The notes: generated from the letters alone by a model not told the origin. A DNA stretch of 20,000 bases from an uncultured virus (IMG/VR IMGVR_UViG_3300035698_013592) (IMGVR_UViG_3300035698_013592), one strand, 5' to 3'; counted from the first letter of the stretch, positions 8,050 through 16,376 are shown. Numbers and translations are program-made.

Positions 8050-8062
8050 AAGGAGATGCACG

Positions 8063-8494
8063 ATGGCCGTAGTGTATTCGTATGCAGGGTGGGGTCTCAA
8101 GCTACCCCATAGTGAGTTGACGGTCCGGCGTAGCCACCCAGCCTGTAAGCATGACTTCCCTTCAGGTAGCAACTTCTGCCCAGAGTGCGGGACGAAGAGC
8201 ATATGGGCGAGCGAGGTACTTCGCTGTGGCGTGAATTTGGTCGCCCAGGAGTACAACTCGCTGCAGCTCATCTCAGGGTATAAGTTTGGGGAGGACAAAT
8301 ACGACGTATTCATCGGTATCTTTGACTCCATCGGTATCTTTGACTCCATGCCTGACTGTACGCTGCCGAAGAATGCTTACGAGGCTGTTACGGAGAATGG
8401 GCTCGGAGGCAAACACATTCGTGATGAGATCAGCGATGAACTACGGGCGTTAGGCGAGTGGGGTTTCTGGCTCTTCACGGTCTGGAAACCATAA
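8063..8494 (+). CDS. Zinc-ribbon protein, paralog family A, copy 1
   Basis: RBS AAGGAG; SYAGWG...CKH...NFCPECG...DVFIGIF...GEWGFW. Confidence 0.85.
   Translation: MAVVYSYAGWGLKLPHSELTVRRSHPACKHDFPSGSNFCPECGTKSIWASEVLRCGVNLVAQEYNSLQLISGYKFGEDKYDVFIGIFDSIGIFDSMPDCTLPKNAYEAVTENGLGGKHIRDEISDELRALGEWGFWLFTVWKP
8311..8346 (+). repeat. Perfect 18-bp in-frame tandem duplication (CATCGGTATCTTTGACTC x2)
   Basis: 8311-8328 is identical to 8329-8346; encodes IGIFDS-IGIFDS. Confidence 0.95.
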
Positions 8495-8522
8495 CCGAGG
8501 GCAACACTAGAGGAGACACAGG

Positions 8523-8957
8523 ATGTCAACATCAGTAATTTCGTACATCGGGTGGGGCTACAAGCTACCCAAGAGTGCACTGACAACAATACGTACCTCC
8601 CCGGGTTGCGGGCACGACGAGGTCGCCGAAGGCAACAAGTTCTGCCCGGAGTGTGGCAACAAGGGACCCTGCGAACAGGAGGTACCCGTAGACGGCGTGG
8701 ACATGGACGATGGGATGTACAAAGGTAGCCTGCAGATCGTTGTTGGGCAGGGCTTTGGATATGACAACGATGACGTATTCATCGGTATCTTCGAGGCTAT
8801 CAAGTCTGACGGCAACGCTACCTCGCCAGAGAACCTCTGGAGCCTGGGTAGGGGTGACAACGGGCGTGAAAGATGCGAGCAGATTGCGGCCGTAGTTACC
8901 AACGAGCTGGCCGAAAAGGGTGAGTGGGGCTTCTGGCACTTTTTGGTTTGGGATTGA
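8523..8957 (+). CDS. Zinc-ribbon protein, paralog family A, copy 2
   Basis: RBS GAGGAG; SYIGWG...CGH...KFCPECG...DVFIGIF...GEWGFWHF. Confidence 0.85.
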   Translation: MSTSVISYIGWGYKLPKSALTTIRTSPGCGHDEVAEGNKFCPECGNKGPCEQEVPVDGVDMDDGMYKGSLQIVVGQGFGYDNDDVFIGIFEAIKSDGNATSPENLWSLGRGDNGRERCEQIAAVVTNELAEKGEWGFWHFLVWD

Positions 8958-9193
8958 TGATGGGTTGGACTACAAACTTAGCGTTCAAGGAATTCGTGGA
9001 AGGTAAACTCATTGAGCGCGTTGTCATCAAGGGGAGAGCTGAAATTACCCTGAAGTTTGACGACGGCACCTCTCTCGTGCTTACTGCGATACAAGACGAC
9101 ACACAGCGATGTAACGCGTGTGGCGTACATCATCCAGAGATGGCCCTTCTGCAGAACCCATTCAAGAAGGACGGAAAATCAGGCTACATATAA
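8957..9193 (+). CDS. Hypothetical protein with a CxxC motif
   Basis: TGATG overlap with the upstream gene; CNACGVHH. Confidence 0.65.
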   Translation: MMGWTTNLAFKEFVEGKLIERVVIKGRAEITLKFDDGTSLVLTAIQDDTQRCNACGVHHPEMALLQNPFKKDGKSGYI

Positions 9194-9206
9194 AGGAGCG
9201 ACCTCT

Positions 9207-9512
9207 ATGGCAAAAGTACGCTGTAAGGCGTTTGTAGATCGAACGAACTGGTCTTCGTTCATTCACGGGACCATACCTGACCCGTCTGGCACGTGTGATC
9301 GTGCAGCGCGGGTTTCGGTTAACGGAATACATCTGTGTTTGGTGCATACGGGCAAAGCAGCTGAGCTCTTGGCGCGTAGGTCGCCGGGATTAGTGTGTAC
9401 CGTGAGCATTGAGATCGTTAGACCAGAGGCTTCTCCGGCGTCACGTCATCATCTGGTAGCGGATTCCCTGATAGGCCTGAGAGGCATAGATGAGGGAGCT
9501 AGACTGTGCTGA
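9207..9512 (+). CDS. Hypothetical Cys/His protein
   Basis: ATG at 9207 after AAGGAG; C...C...HLCLVH pattern. Confidence 0.7.
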   Translation: MAKVRCKAFVDRTNWSSFIHGTIPDPSGTCDRAARVSVNGIHLCLVHTGKAAELLARRSPGLVCTVSIEIVRPEASPASRHHLVADSLIGLRGIDEGARLC

Positions 9513-9784
9513 AGATCATCACGTATAACTTGTACAACGTCAACAATTGCCGTATCGGTTTACCTCGGGGTGCGCGGGTTATAACCGTGACAAAGCGTGA
9601 AGGGTTTGATCCGGTGCTCAGTGTGTTGGCTGATCCGGATCAGCCTAAAGTGCCGTATTACGTTGAGTGTTGCAGGAGGAATAACTGGGTGACTCAAGAG
9701 CTTGTGGATGTTCCGTTCATCGGTAGCGCCATCGAAGACGGGCATCCGATCTACGTTTTTGGTGGTACACCCGTCAACAAGTAG
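9506..9784 (+). CDS. Small phage protein, paralog family B (DUF7352-like, tentative)
   Basis: GTG start after GAGGGAG; MLKIITYNL...IGLPRGARVITV...VLADPDQP...FIGS...IYVF aligns by eye with 14149..14412. Confidence 0.7.
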   Translation: MLKIITYNLYNVNNCRIGLPRGARVITVTKREGFDPVLSVLADPDQPKVPYYVECCRRNNWVTQELVDVPFIGSAIEDGHPIYVFGGTPVNK

Positions 9785-9809
9785 TCAGGGTCAACAGTTG
9801 GAGGTTGTA

Positions 9810-10229
9810 ATGAAAGGCATTAGATCGTACTGCGGGTGGGGCTTTCGTGTGTCGGGCAATATCATTCACGACGACGTATACACACCCACCTGCGAACATG
9901 ACGATGCGGAGAGGGACGAGAAGTTTTGCCCTACGTGCGGCATGGAGCAGGAGTTCTGTCCAGCCGAGGGTGATCCCTTCGGCATAGACCAGGGGGGTAA
10001 GGTTGTGAACTTATTTACTGTTCACTCCATAGTTCACCAGAAGCTGGGTAAAGCGTACTTCGTCGGATTGTTTGACGAGATGGTGGTGAGCGAGAAGACG
10101 ACCGATCATATACGTCTGGTCACGCAGAGCGTATCCGATGTGCTCCTCGTCATACGCAAGATGCCGAAGGCTATCGTTGACGACGGGTCGTTTGGGCTGT
10201 GGCATTTCTGCGTGCCTTTCGACGAATAG
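9810..10229 (+). CDS. Zinc-ribbon protein, paralog family A, copy 3 (diverged)
   Basis: ATG at 9810 after GGAGG; SYCGWG...CEH...KFCPTCG...YFVGLF...GSFGLWHF. Confidence 0.8.
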   Translation: MKGIRSYCGWGFRVSGNIIHDDVYTPTCEHDDAERDEKFCPTCGMEQEFCPAEGDPFGIDQGGKVVNLFTVHSIVHQKLGKAYFVGLFDEMVVSEKTTDHIRLVTQSVSDVLLVIRKMPKAIVDDGSFGLWHFCVPFDE

Positions 10230-10246
10230 GAGACAAGGAGAGACTG

Positions 10247-10570
10247 TTGGGATATTACATTGAGACTGATGGCGTGTATGACAAGGCCGTATTCATCTGT
10301 AGAGAGTATGGTGCGAAGTAGATATGCCTGAGAGACGTACGTGAGCTCATCAAAGACCCGACCAAGGCGATTATCTCTGTGATCGACAACGGCCGCGTTG
10401 AGGCAGCTGCGTTCGTGTACAACGAGGACGAACTTGATGCGTTTGACCACCGTAGTGACCGACGCCCCAAGACATGGCTGGTGATGGATCGCACGAAGGC
10501 GTGTGAGCTCACCGGTTATGTGGACGAGAAACAAGGAGACGCAGCAGATGCCAGCCCCGATAAAGGCTAA
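10247..10570 (+). pseudogene. Small phage gene interrupted by an in-frame TAG (10319-10321)
   Basis: AAGGAG (10235-10240) plus TTG at 10247 gives MGYYIETDGVYDKAVFICREYGAK*ICLRDV..., in frame with ORF 10379..10570 (IDNGRVEAAAFVYNEDE...DRRPKTWL). Confidence 0.65.
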
Positions 10571-10850
10571 GATGCTCGTCACAGAGGCTGAGCGTAAGTT
10601 CTTGCTCCGACTGCTTGAGGACACTCCACAAGAGGATGAAACCAGGGCGCTGCACGAGCAGCTAACCCGGCTGTGTATCATACCTCCGCTGAATCTTACC
10701 GATGGGGAGCTGGCGGCGCTGCGTGAGGCTGCGGATCACCGAGCTGGCGTGTTCTATGCCCAGAGTGATGCGTGGGCGGTACACGGGCACAGCGTACACG
10801 GTAAGTTAGTTAACGAGCAACTTCGTCGAACTGGAGAACACAGCGTGTAG
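10548..10850 (+). CDS. Hypothetical protein
   Basis: ATG at 10548 after AAGGAG; followed by a terminator. Confidence 0.7.
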   Translation: MPAPIKAKMLVTEAERKFLLRLLEDTPQEDETRALHEQLTRLCIIPPLNLTDGELAALREAADHRAGVFYAQSDAWAVHGHSVHGKLVNEQLRRTGEHSV

Positions 10851-10858
10851 TTAGGTAT

Positions 10859-10892
10859 ACCCGGCCCATTTGGGCCGGGTTTCCTTTTCTTT
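10859..10892 (+). terminator. Intrinsic terminator
   Basis: ACCCGGCCC-ATTT-GGGCCGGGT followed by TTCCTTTTCTTT. Confidence 0.85.
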
Positions 10893-10902
10893 ACTTTAGT
10901 TA

Positions 10903-10929
10903 GTAATGCGTTACTATAACTTGGAACCC
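10903..10929 (+). promoter_or_regulatory. Recurring promoter/operator motif, copy 3 (GTAATGCGTTACTATAACTTGGAACCC)
   Basis: Same terminator-motif-RBS layout as at 3596-3770. Confidence 0.7.
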
Positions 10930-10971
10930 AGGCGTATAACCCTTTTTTGTGTCCATTGATAGGAGAAGTAC

Positions 10972-11412
10972 ATGGCGAAGAAGACGCCAAAATTGATCCC
11001 GCCTGATCTTAACCAGTGTCAGGCTGAGAAGCGCGTTGGGTCTTTCATGTCGTTTGGAAAGCCTGAAATGGTTCGCTGTACCAACGCACCGATTGTGGTC
11101 GCTGCTGAGAGGGTGGCGCCGCACGGTTCGATGTCTCTCTGTTGGCATTGCTGGCAGAAGTTGATTGAACACATGGGGGTGAAAAGTGTAGACGTTACAC
11201 CTATCCCTAACGTTGTGCCCGAGAGCTACGAGATTAACTACCCCGTAACCGTAGACATCAAGGAGCTTTGGGCACTCATTGCCGTGGGCCAGATACTCAT
11301 TGATAGGCTGTCCCCGTCGGTAAAGAGAGCGTGTCAGGCGCGTGTGAAGATGTGGGATTTACAGTGTGAGACGTTTGCTCGCACGACCCGTAGAGATCAA
11401 GAGGGGGACTAG
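10972..11412 (+). CDS. Hypothetical Cys-containing protein
   Basis: RBS AGGAG; QCQAE...RC...MSLCWHC motif. Confidence 0.75.
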   Translation: MAKKTPKLIPPDLNQCQAEKRVGSFMSFGKPEMVRCTNAPIVVAAERVAPHGSMSLCWHCWQKLIEHMGVKSVDVTPIPNVVPESYEINYPVTVDIKELWALIAVGQILIDRLSPSVKRACQARVKMWDLQCETFARTTRRDQEGD

Positions 11413-11496
11413 CGCTAAGGCGGATCGGTGGTTACGAAAGGTATACCGGAGTCCTTGAACATCCGGGCACTTCTGTTCGTACACTAGGAGATCATT

Positions 11497-12630
11497 ATGG
11501 TTAAAGAGGGTAGCATGGGCGTATCAGAGTACACGGAAGGGAAGCAGGTTGTCCTTAGTTCAATACTACGGGCGGCTATCAATACGTGGGAAGGCACGTT
11601 TATCTACGTGGGCCTCAACGGGGGTAATGGAGGCGTAGGTAACGTTGACGGGAGTCCTTTGGTGCTGCTTTCGGCGGCAAGAGAGGAGCTGGGACCTGAT
11701 CAGCAGTGCCGCGCGTTCTTCATCGAGAAGAACCTCAAATCGTTTCAGCAGCTGTTTGCGCGAGCTTTCGTTGCGAACGAGGAGGTGGTAGCCGTGCCCA
11801 TCCTTGGCGATCACCTGGACGTACTCCCCACACTCAAGACCATGTTGTCTGACGAACCTGGTCTTATCTACTCGGACGAGTGCGGTACGGGCATTCCCTT
11901 TGAGCTACTCCGTAAGCACGGTGGCTTGGAGACTTCAGATGTTCTGATTCGTGTGCATCTGAACGCGTTTTTCCGAAGCCGCAAAGAACTGACCTTCAAG
12001 TCGCTGGAGATGAAGCACTGGCTTCTCACCTCTCCTGAAGGTCCGAAAGAGTGGATGTTTGCTTACGGTAGTAACCATCCACGTTACAAGCTCTTCGGTG
12101 AGCTGATCGACATTGGGTTTTACCCTGCGGACTCGGACGAGGGCCGGGAGATAGCACGCAGGATCAAAACTACAGCTAAAAGGGCGACCAGTAAGACGCC
12201 CACGAAAGCTGTAAGCGAGCGTCAGAGGTTTAGCATTATCCCTGACGCCACACGCGCTGAGATTCGCGCGTATCGTAGGGCTCACCCTGAAGGTACGCTT
12301 GCTAGCATAATGCGGAAGTTTGGCATTTCCGCCCGTTCCGTGGGGAATGTCATACGTCAGGCTCCCTTCACGTGGGAGGTTGCAGGTATTCCGCCGCCAG
12401 CTCAGAAGGTTCCTCGTATCCTGGCCACACCGAAGGCGAAGAAGCCGAAGGGTGCGCGTAAGGGCGGTGTCACCGAGCAGGTGGTACGTAAGGTTGAGGA
12501 TGCATTCAATGGTGGGTTTACGTCGGCCCAGATCTGTAAGAAGTACGGTCTCAGCGGTGCAACCGTCTGGCGTATCCAGCGAGGTAAACAGGCGCATCAA
12601 CGTGGTTCTGAACGGGTCCGTATCTTGTAG
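11497..12630 (+). CDS. TcmP (three-Cys-motif partner)-like methyltransferase-fold protein with C-terminal HTH segments
   Basis: YTEGKQVVL...FIYVGLNGGNG...DGSPLVLL...FFIEKN resembles the TcmP N-terminus (T..K..L / YIDxxAGxG / GSPL / FIE). HTH-like segments: TLASIMRKFGISARSVGNVI and TSAQICKKYGLSGATVWRI. Confidence 0.7.
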   Translation: MVKEGSMGVSEYTEGKQVVLSSILRAAINTWEGTFIYVGLNGGNGGVGNVDGSPLVLLSAAREELGPDQQCRAFFIEKNLKSFQQLFARAFVANEEVVAVPILGDHLDVLPTLKTMLSDEPGLIYSDECGTGIPFELLRKHGGLETSDVLIRVHLNAFFRSRKELTFKSLEMKHWLLTSPEGPKEWMFAYGSNHPRYKLFGELIDIGFYPADSDEGREIARRIKTTAKRATSKTPTKAVSERQRFSIIPDATRAEIRAYRRAHPEGTLASIMRKFGISARSVGNVIRQAPFTWEVAGIPPPAQKVPRILATPKAKKPKGARKGGVTEQVVRKVEDAFNGGFTSAQICKKYGLSGATVWRIQRGKQAHQRGSERVRIL

Positions 12631-12631
12631 G

Positions 12632-14065
12632 TCACAAGTTCCACGATACGGGGCCAGCACGGAACAGATGTGTGAAGGGAATCTTCGTGAATCGCTTCGG
12701 CGGTTGGCCGGACACGAAGAGGATTCGGCGTTGAAGTCGACCTACCTCTACACACATCTGTTCCAGGCCCTCGTGAAGGGTTTGTATGTCCTTGGACGTG
12801 AAGGCCGAGCTGATCTCGCTGTAGGGATCGTAGCTGCGTCCACTGGGTTCTGCGTCGAATCCAGCTAGGTAGATAGCGTCGCAGCCGGTGTGTAGAGCAG
12901 TCGCATAGGCTATCGCCTCCGCCGTATGTACCTCAAATGGCTTGAGATCGTCCGCTGGGAAGCCGTGGAAGCCCTCAGCCTGCAAACGGGTGCCAGGGGC
13001 CACAATACGCGCTCCAAGCTGCTGAAGGTCCTTATATGCGTCTTGTGTAGACGATTCGGAGAGACATCCGTAGGTAGGCGCGAAGCCCCAGGTGGAGGTA
13101 CAGAGGTACGCGTCGTCCACCGCGATGGTGATTTCATTACGTAACTCGCTTAGCATCAAGCGGTTAAGTGACAATCCAGACCGTATAATGAAGCATCGCT
13201 GCCCCTTATGGATGTTCTTGGTTCTACTAAGGGCTGGAAGTGTCGGCGTATCTCTTGTTAGGTCATCAAGGTTAGCGAACGGCAACACCTTGAGGTTTTG
13301 TGCCTTTGATGCGTTGAAGAGTTGGAATCCACACTGCTTGGCGTACTCTTGGAGGAGGATGAACGTGCAGGTAGAGATGTCTGCCGCAGCTTGGCCATGT
13401 GTCCGCTTACCCTTTTGAAGAGGTACTACGGACGTCTCCGTGTTATGATCCTGGCCTACGATGTAGATCTGGTTACAGCCAAGGTACATCGCAAGCGGGA
13501 CGGCCGTATCGGACACCACGTAGCCCCCGGATCCTATGAGGTGTGGGCGCTCGTCCAAGAAGTGGTTGACGTGGTCGCATTGTGATGCGCGGGTATTGGA
13601 AGCTGGGTACTGGACAGTCATCACATGGTTCGGGGGTAGTTTCCCTTTGAACTCATCAGCGACGTAGCTGGATACAACGAGTTGAGAGTCGCTGTACGCT
13701 AGGGAGATGTCCAGCAGCTTTGGGCAGAATTTGGGGTTACCGTCTGTGATCACATTGTAGGTAGGCGCCCACCCATAGGTCTCGCCAAGATACTTGGGTA
13801 TCCCGTTGACACCAATTGTGATCTCGTTGCGGAGCCAGTCGATGTCTTGTTCTTTGAGGGAGGGGCCAGAGGCAATGATGAAGCAACGCTGTCCATCGTG
13901 GCGTGCTTTGAGACATCGTGTTCGCTCGGTAGTCATACCCAGTGACTCGAGCCCTACTTCGACTTCCCCCTCTTTCCGCCGCCGCTCCAAGAATCCTTTC
14001 AGGCGCAGCTCGAAGGTATCCCGCATACGCTCAGTTTTGCGCTTGGCTCTCTCAACATAATCCAT
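12632..14065 (-). CDS. Tandem DUF115 / MAF-like (MptE-like, glycosyltransferase-related) domain protein
   Basis: HDGQRCFIIASGPSL...LRNEITIGVN...LAMYLGCNQIYIVGQD, and a second copy HKGQRCFIIRSGLSL...LRNEITIAVD...ALHTGCDAIYLAGFD. Start uncertain (14065 or 14113; the ORF is open to 14158). Confidence 0.8.
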   Translation of the reverse strand: MDYVERAKRKTERMRDTFELRLKGFLERRRKEGEVEVGLESLGMTTERTRCLKARHDGQRCFIIASGPSLKEQDIDWLRNEITIGVNGIPKYLGETYGWAPTYNVITDGNPKFCPKLLDISLAYSDSQLVVSSYVADEFKGKLPPNHVMTVQYPASNTRASQCDHVNHFLDERPHLIGSGGYVVSDTAVPLAMYLGCNQIYIVGQDHNTETSVVPLQKGKRTHGQAAADISTCTFILLQEYAKQCGFQLFNASKAQNLKVLPFANLDDLTRDTPTLPALSRTKNIHKGQRCFIIRSGLSLNRLMLSELRNEITIAVDDAYLCTSTWGFAPTYGCLSESSTQDAYKDLQQLGARIVAPGTRLQAEGFHGFPADDLKPFEVHTAEAIAYATALHTGCDAIYLAGFDAEPSGRSYDPYSEISSAFTSKDIQTLHEGLEQMCVEVGRLQRRILFVSGQPPKRFTKIPFTHLFRAGPVSWNL

Positions 14066-14148
14066 TGTGGTACACTCAGAGGAACATCGTTTGTGGTGGG
14101 CGCCGCCCGCCATGATGCTTTTGATTCTAACATAAGAAGGGTCTGTAG

Positions 14149-14412
14149 ATGAAGGCAATTTGGAAGTTTCCGTTTGATATCACGGACAACATCACCATCG
14201 AGATGCCGCGAGGGGCAATTCCGCTTCAGGTGGCTGCCCAGAACGACGTTGCGTGCATGTGGGCCTGTGTTGACACCGAGGCGCCCAAGGAATCCCGCAG
14301 GTTCAAGCTGAGAGGCACAGGGCATAACGCGGACACCATCGACCCGAGCAAGCACGTGGGTACCCTTTTTTTGTACTCTGGCGCCATCGTCTTTCACATC
14401 TTCGACGCTTGA
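14149..14412 (+). CDS. Small phage protein, paralog family B (DUF7352-like, tentative)
   Basis: MKAIWKFPF...IEMPRGAIPLQVAAQ...CMWACVD...RRFKLRGTGH...HVGT...VFHIFD, a pattern I recognise from a widespread phage family. Confidence 0.8.
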   Translation: MKAIWKFPFDITDNITIEMPRGAIPLQVAAQNDVACMWACVDTEAPKESRRFKLRGTGHNADTIDPSKHVGTLFLYSGAIVFHIFDA

Positions 14413-14437
14413 CCCCGCAACACTAAGGAGGAGGCGC

Positions 14438-15019
14438 ATGTCCGTACATTGTGTAGAGCTCAATGAGCTCATAGGACACCCACACGAGTTTCACGTTTTG
14501 GACGATAGGAGGCGTGCGTTTGCCTTGCATGTCTACGTGGACCATACTAAGAGGGTGGTAGTCTTCGCCGATGACCATGACGGCGACTACAGCTTTGAGT
14601 TTACCCGCAAAATTCCCACCGACGACCCTCAGTTTAACACCCAGCGGGCGAATACGCCTTCACCCTTCGAGAGTCTTCTGAGGACACGGAACGATGCGAT
14701 GATTGGCCTGTCCGGATCAGAGGTTGTTGTTAAGCTGGTTAACGTGACGCCAGACTGGTTCATGGAGTATGCGTTTGAGCTCGCTCTCGGGGAGTATATG
14801 TCGAGCGCTAAGACGTTTGGGGCAAAGTTCTTTGTGAACGAAGTCCTCATGCCACACATGTTCGAGCTCCCGGTTGACTTCTGGCTTATGGCCGGGGATA
14901 AGAAGGACCGCAAGAACGTCAAATACTCCTACCACAAGATCATGATGAGGTTTCTGCGTACGAAGCGTGTGCGGAAGTTTATCGAGCGTTACTACCTGGT
15001 TCAGCCCGACGTCAAGTAG
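14438..15019 (+). CDS. Hypothetical protein (193 aa)
   Basis: Strong RBS AAGGAGGAGG. Confidence 0.8.
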   Translation: MSVHCVELNELIGHPHEFHVLDDRRRAFALHVYVDHTKRVVVFADDHDGDYSFEFTRKIPTDDPQFNTQRANTPSPFESLLRTRNDAMIGLSGSEVVVKLVNVTPDWFMEYAFELALGEYMSSAKTFGAKFFVNEVLMPHMFELPVDFWLMAGDKKDRKNVKYSYHKIMMRFLRTKRVRKFIERYYLVQPDVK

Positions 15020-15046
15020 GCGTCACAACCCTAAGGAGTCGTAACT

Positions 15047-15343
15047 ATGCATATGCCGTCACGACTGAAGGCGATATCCCGTATCGAGGTTGTCGTACTG
15101 GTCGCGATCGCTATCCTCGTATGTGCTCTGCCGTTCCTGTGGAACAACTTTAAGAACGGTGTCGACAAAGCGATACAGGAGATGAAGACTAGGCATAGCA
15201 AGCAGGACGCCGAGGCTTTCAACGGGCGGGTGAAGCTCACCGGCAACCCGAAGAAGCTCACCTACAAGGAGTTTCTGGCGGTCAAGTATGCCAAAGTGCT
15301 CCCGATGCCCCCGCAGGACAAACCCGTTACCCCTAAACCGTAA
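15047..15343 (+). CDS. Membrane protein with a prepilin-like N-terminus
   Basis: RBS AAGGAG; RLKA|ISRIEVVVLVAIAILVCAL, with Glu at +5 followed by a hydrophobic helix. Confidence 0.7.
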   Translation: MHMPSRLKAISRIEVVVLVAIAILVCALPFLWNNFKNGVDKAIQEMKTRHSKQDAEAFNGRVKLTGNPKKLTYKEFLAVKYAKVLPMPPQDKPVTPKP

Positions 15344-15363
15344 GCTGACAAGGAGCAGCAACG

Positions 15364-15654
15364 ATGAGGAAACATTTAGTCGTTTTGGCCGTTGTCTTAC
15401 TCGTGGTGTGTGTTGTCGCTGGATGCGCGAGGCCGTACCCGCTGGAGAGACCTATATATGAGAGGCCAGCGGGCTTCTGGTATGGGCTGTGGCACGGGAT
15501 AGTTGTGTGCTTCTCGTTCGTGGGCTCTCTGTTTGATGATGGTATCGCCGTATATTCGGTATACAACAGCGGCAGCTGGTATGACTTCGGATTTCTGGTG
15601 GGTGTTGGTGCATTCGCTTCGTCCGCAAGCAGTCGAGTCAAGAAGTCCGAGTGA
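15364..15654 (+). CDS. Putative lipoprotein / membrane protein
   Basis: RBS AAGGAG; signal peptide with a VAGC lipobox; PAGFWYGLWHG...SLF...YNSGSWYDFGF. Confidence 0.8.
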   Translation: MRKHLVVLAVVLLVVCVVAGCARPYPLERPIYERPAGFWYGLWHGIVVCFSFVGSLFDDGIAVYSVYNSGSWYDFGFLVGVGAFASSASSRVKKSE

Positions 15655-15668
15655 ATAAGCCCGCGTCT

Positions 15669-15686
15669 GTAACGGCGTTACTATAG
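15669..15686 (+). promoter_or_regulatory. Recurring promoter/operator motif, copy 4 (GTAACGGCGTTACTATAG)
   Basis: Intergenic, about 20 nt upstream of the sigma region-4 gene. Confidence 0.65.
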
Positions 15687-15707
15687 ATAGAGAGGGGTAG
15701 CAATCAC

Positions 15708-16376
15708 ATGGAAGTATTCAGCGTACCAGAGGAAGCTAAAGAGGCCATCGCGTTTGACGAGGGAAGTGAAGTGCTACTCAATGCGGTAGCGACGCTAACG
15801 CACAGAGAACGCGAGGTTCTTTATCTCCGTACGGGCATCACAACGGGTGAAGTGCTTACGTTGAGGGAGGTTGGGCGCAGGTTCAGCGTCACTGTTGAGC
15901 GTATCCGCCAGATACAGGTTAAGGCACTGTATAAGCTGCAGCGCCCAGGCTGTGCCAGGACTGTTGAGCCTTTCGTAATGGATCTACGTAAGGGTCCTGT
16001 TGCGTTAGGTTGGAAGTCTCGCCCCTACGACCACTACGGGCAGTATCTTTCGGGTCACAGGGAGATCCGCGAGTTCATTGAGTGTAGCGCCTGTACGCTC
16101 AGGAACTACATCGAGCGGGGTCTTCCGCTTGATAGGTACAACTACCACGTTTACATAACGAAACTGGCTGTTGTGGATTGGCTGGAGCAGGAAGCAGATA
16201 TATCTGACGAGCGTTATGGATGGGGCATTCGTCAGTTTGCTGAGTCGACCAGGAAGAAGTTCACCGAGGAGTCAGATCATGAGCAATACGTCGACGCAGA
16301 AGACCAGGAGTACAGTGGATGCTGTAATCCGAAAATTCTTCAGCTACCACCGGGAACGAGCGCTCCGATTGCGTGA
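15708..16376 (+). CDS. Sigma70 region-4 domain protein with a second HTH (no region 2)
   Basis: LTHREREVLYLRTGITTGEVLTLREVGRRFSVTVERIRQIQVKALYKLQRP closely matches RpoD region 4; GHREIREFIECSACTLRNYIERGLP...VVDWL resembles a Xis/MerR-type HTH. Confidence 0.85.
   Translation: MEVFSVPEEAKEAIAFDEGSEVLLNAVATLTHREREVLYLRTGITTGEVLTLREVGRRFSVTVERIRQIQVKALYKLQRPGCARTVEPFVMDLRKGPVALGWKSRPYDHYGQYLSGHREIREFIECSACTLRNYIERGLPLDRYNYHVYITKLAVVDWLEQEADISDERYGWGIRQFAESTRKKFTEESDHEQYVDAEDQEYSGCCNPKILQLPPGTSAPIA

Noticed and set aside
7357..8349. 330-aa minus-strand ORF, plus other antisense ORFs (1646..2125, 2187..2666, 10106..10681, 11935..12660, 19269..19706)
   Set aside because: They are shadows of RBS-supported, coupled + strand genes and show no motifs.
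10319..10321. Genome-wide TAG recoding (genetic code 15)
   Set aside because: TAG ends many genes right before terminators, hairpins or the next RBS (3567, 4552, 10229, 10850, 15019, 19709), and coding density is already high under code 11.
15708..16376. Complete sigma factor (rpoD)
   Set aside because: Only region 4 is present; there is no region 2/3.
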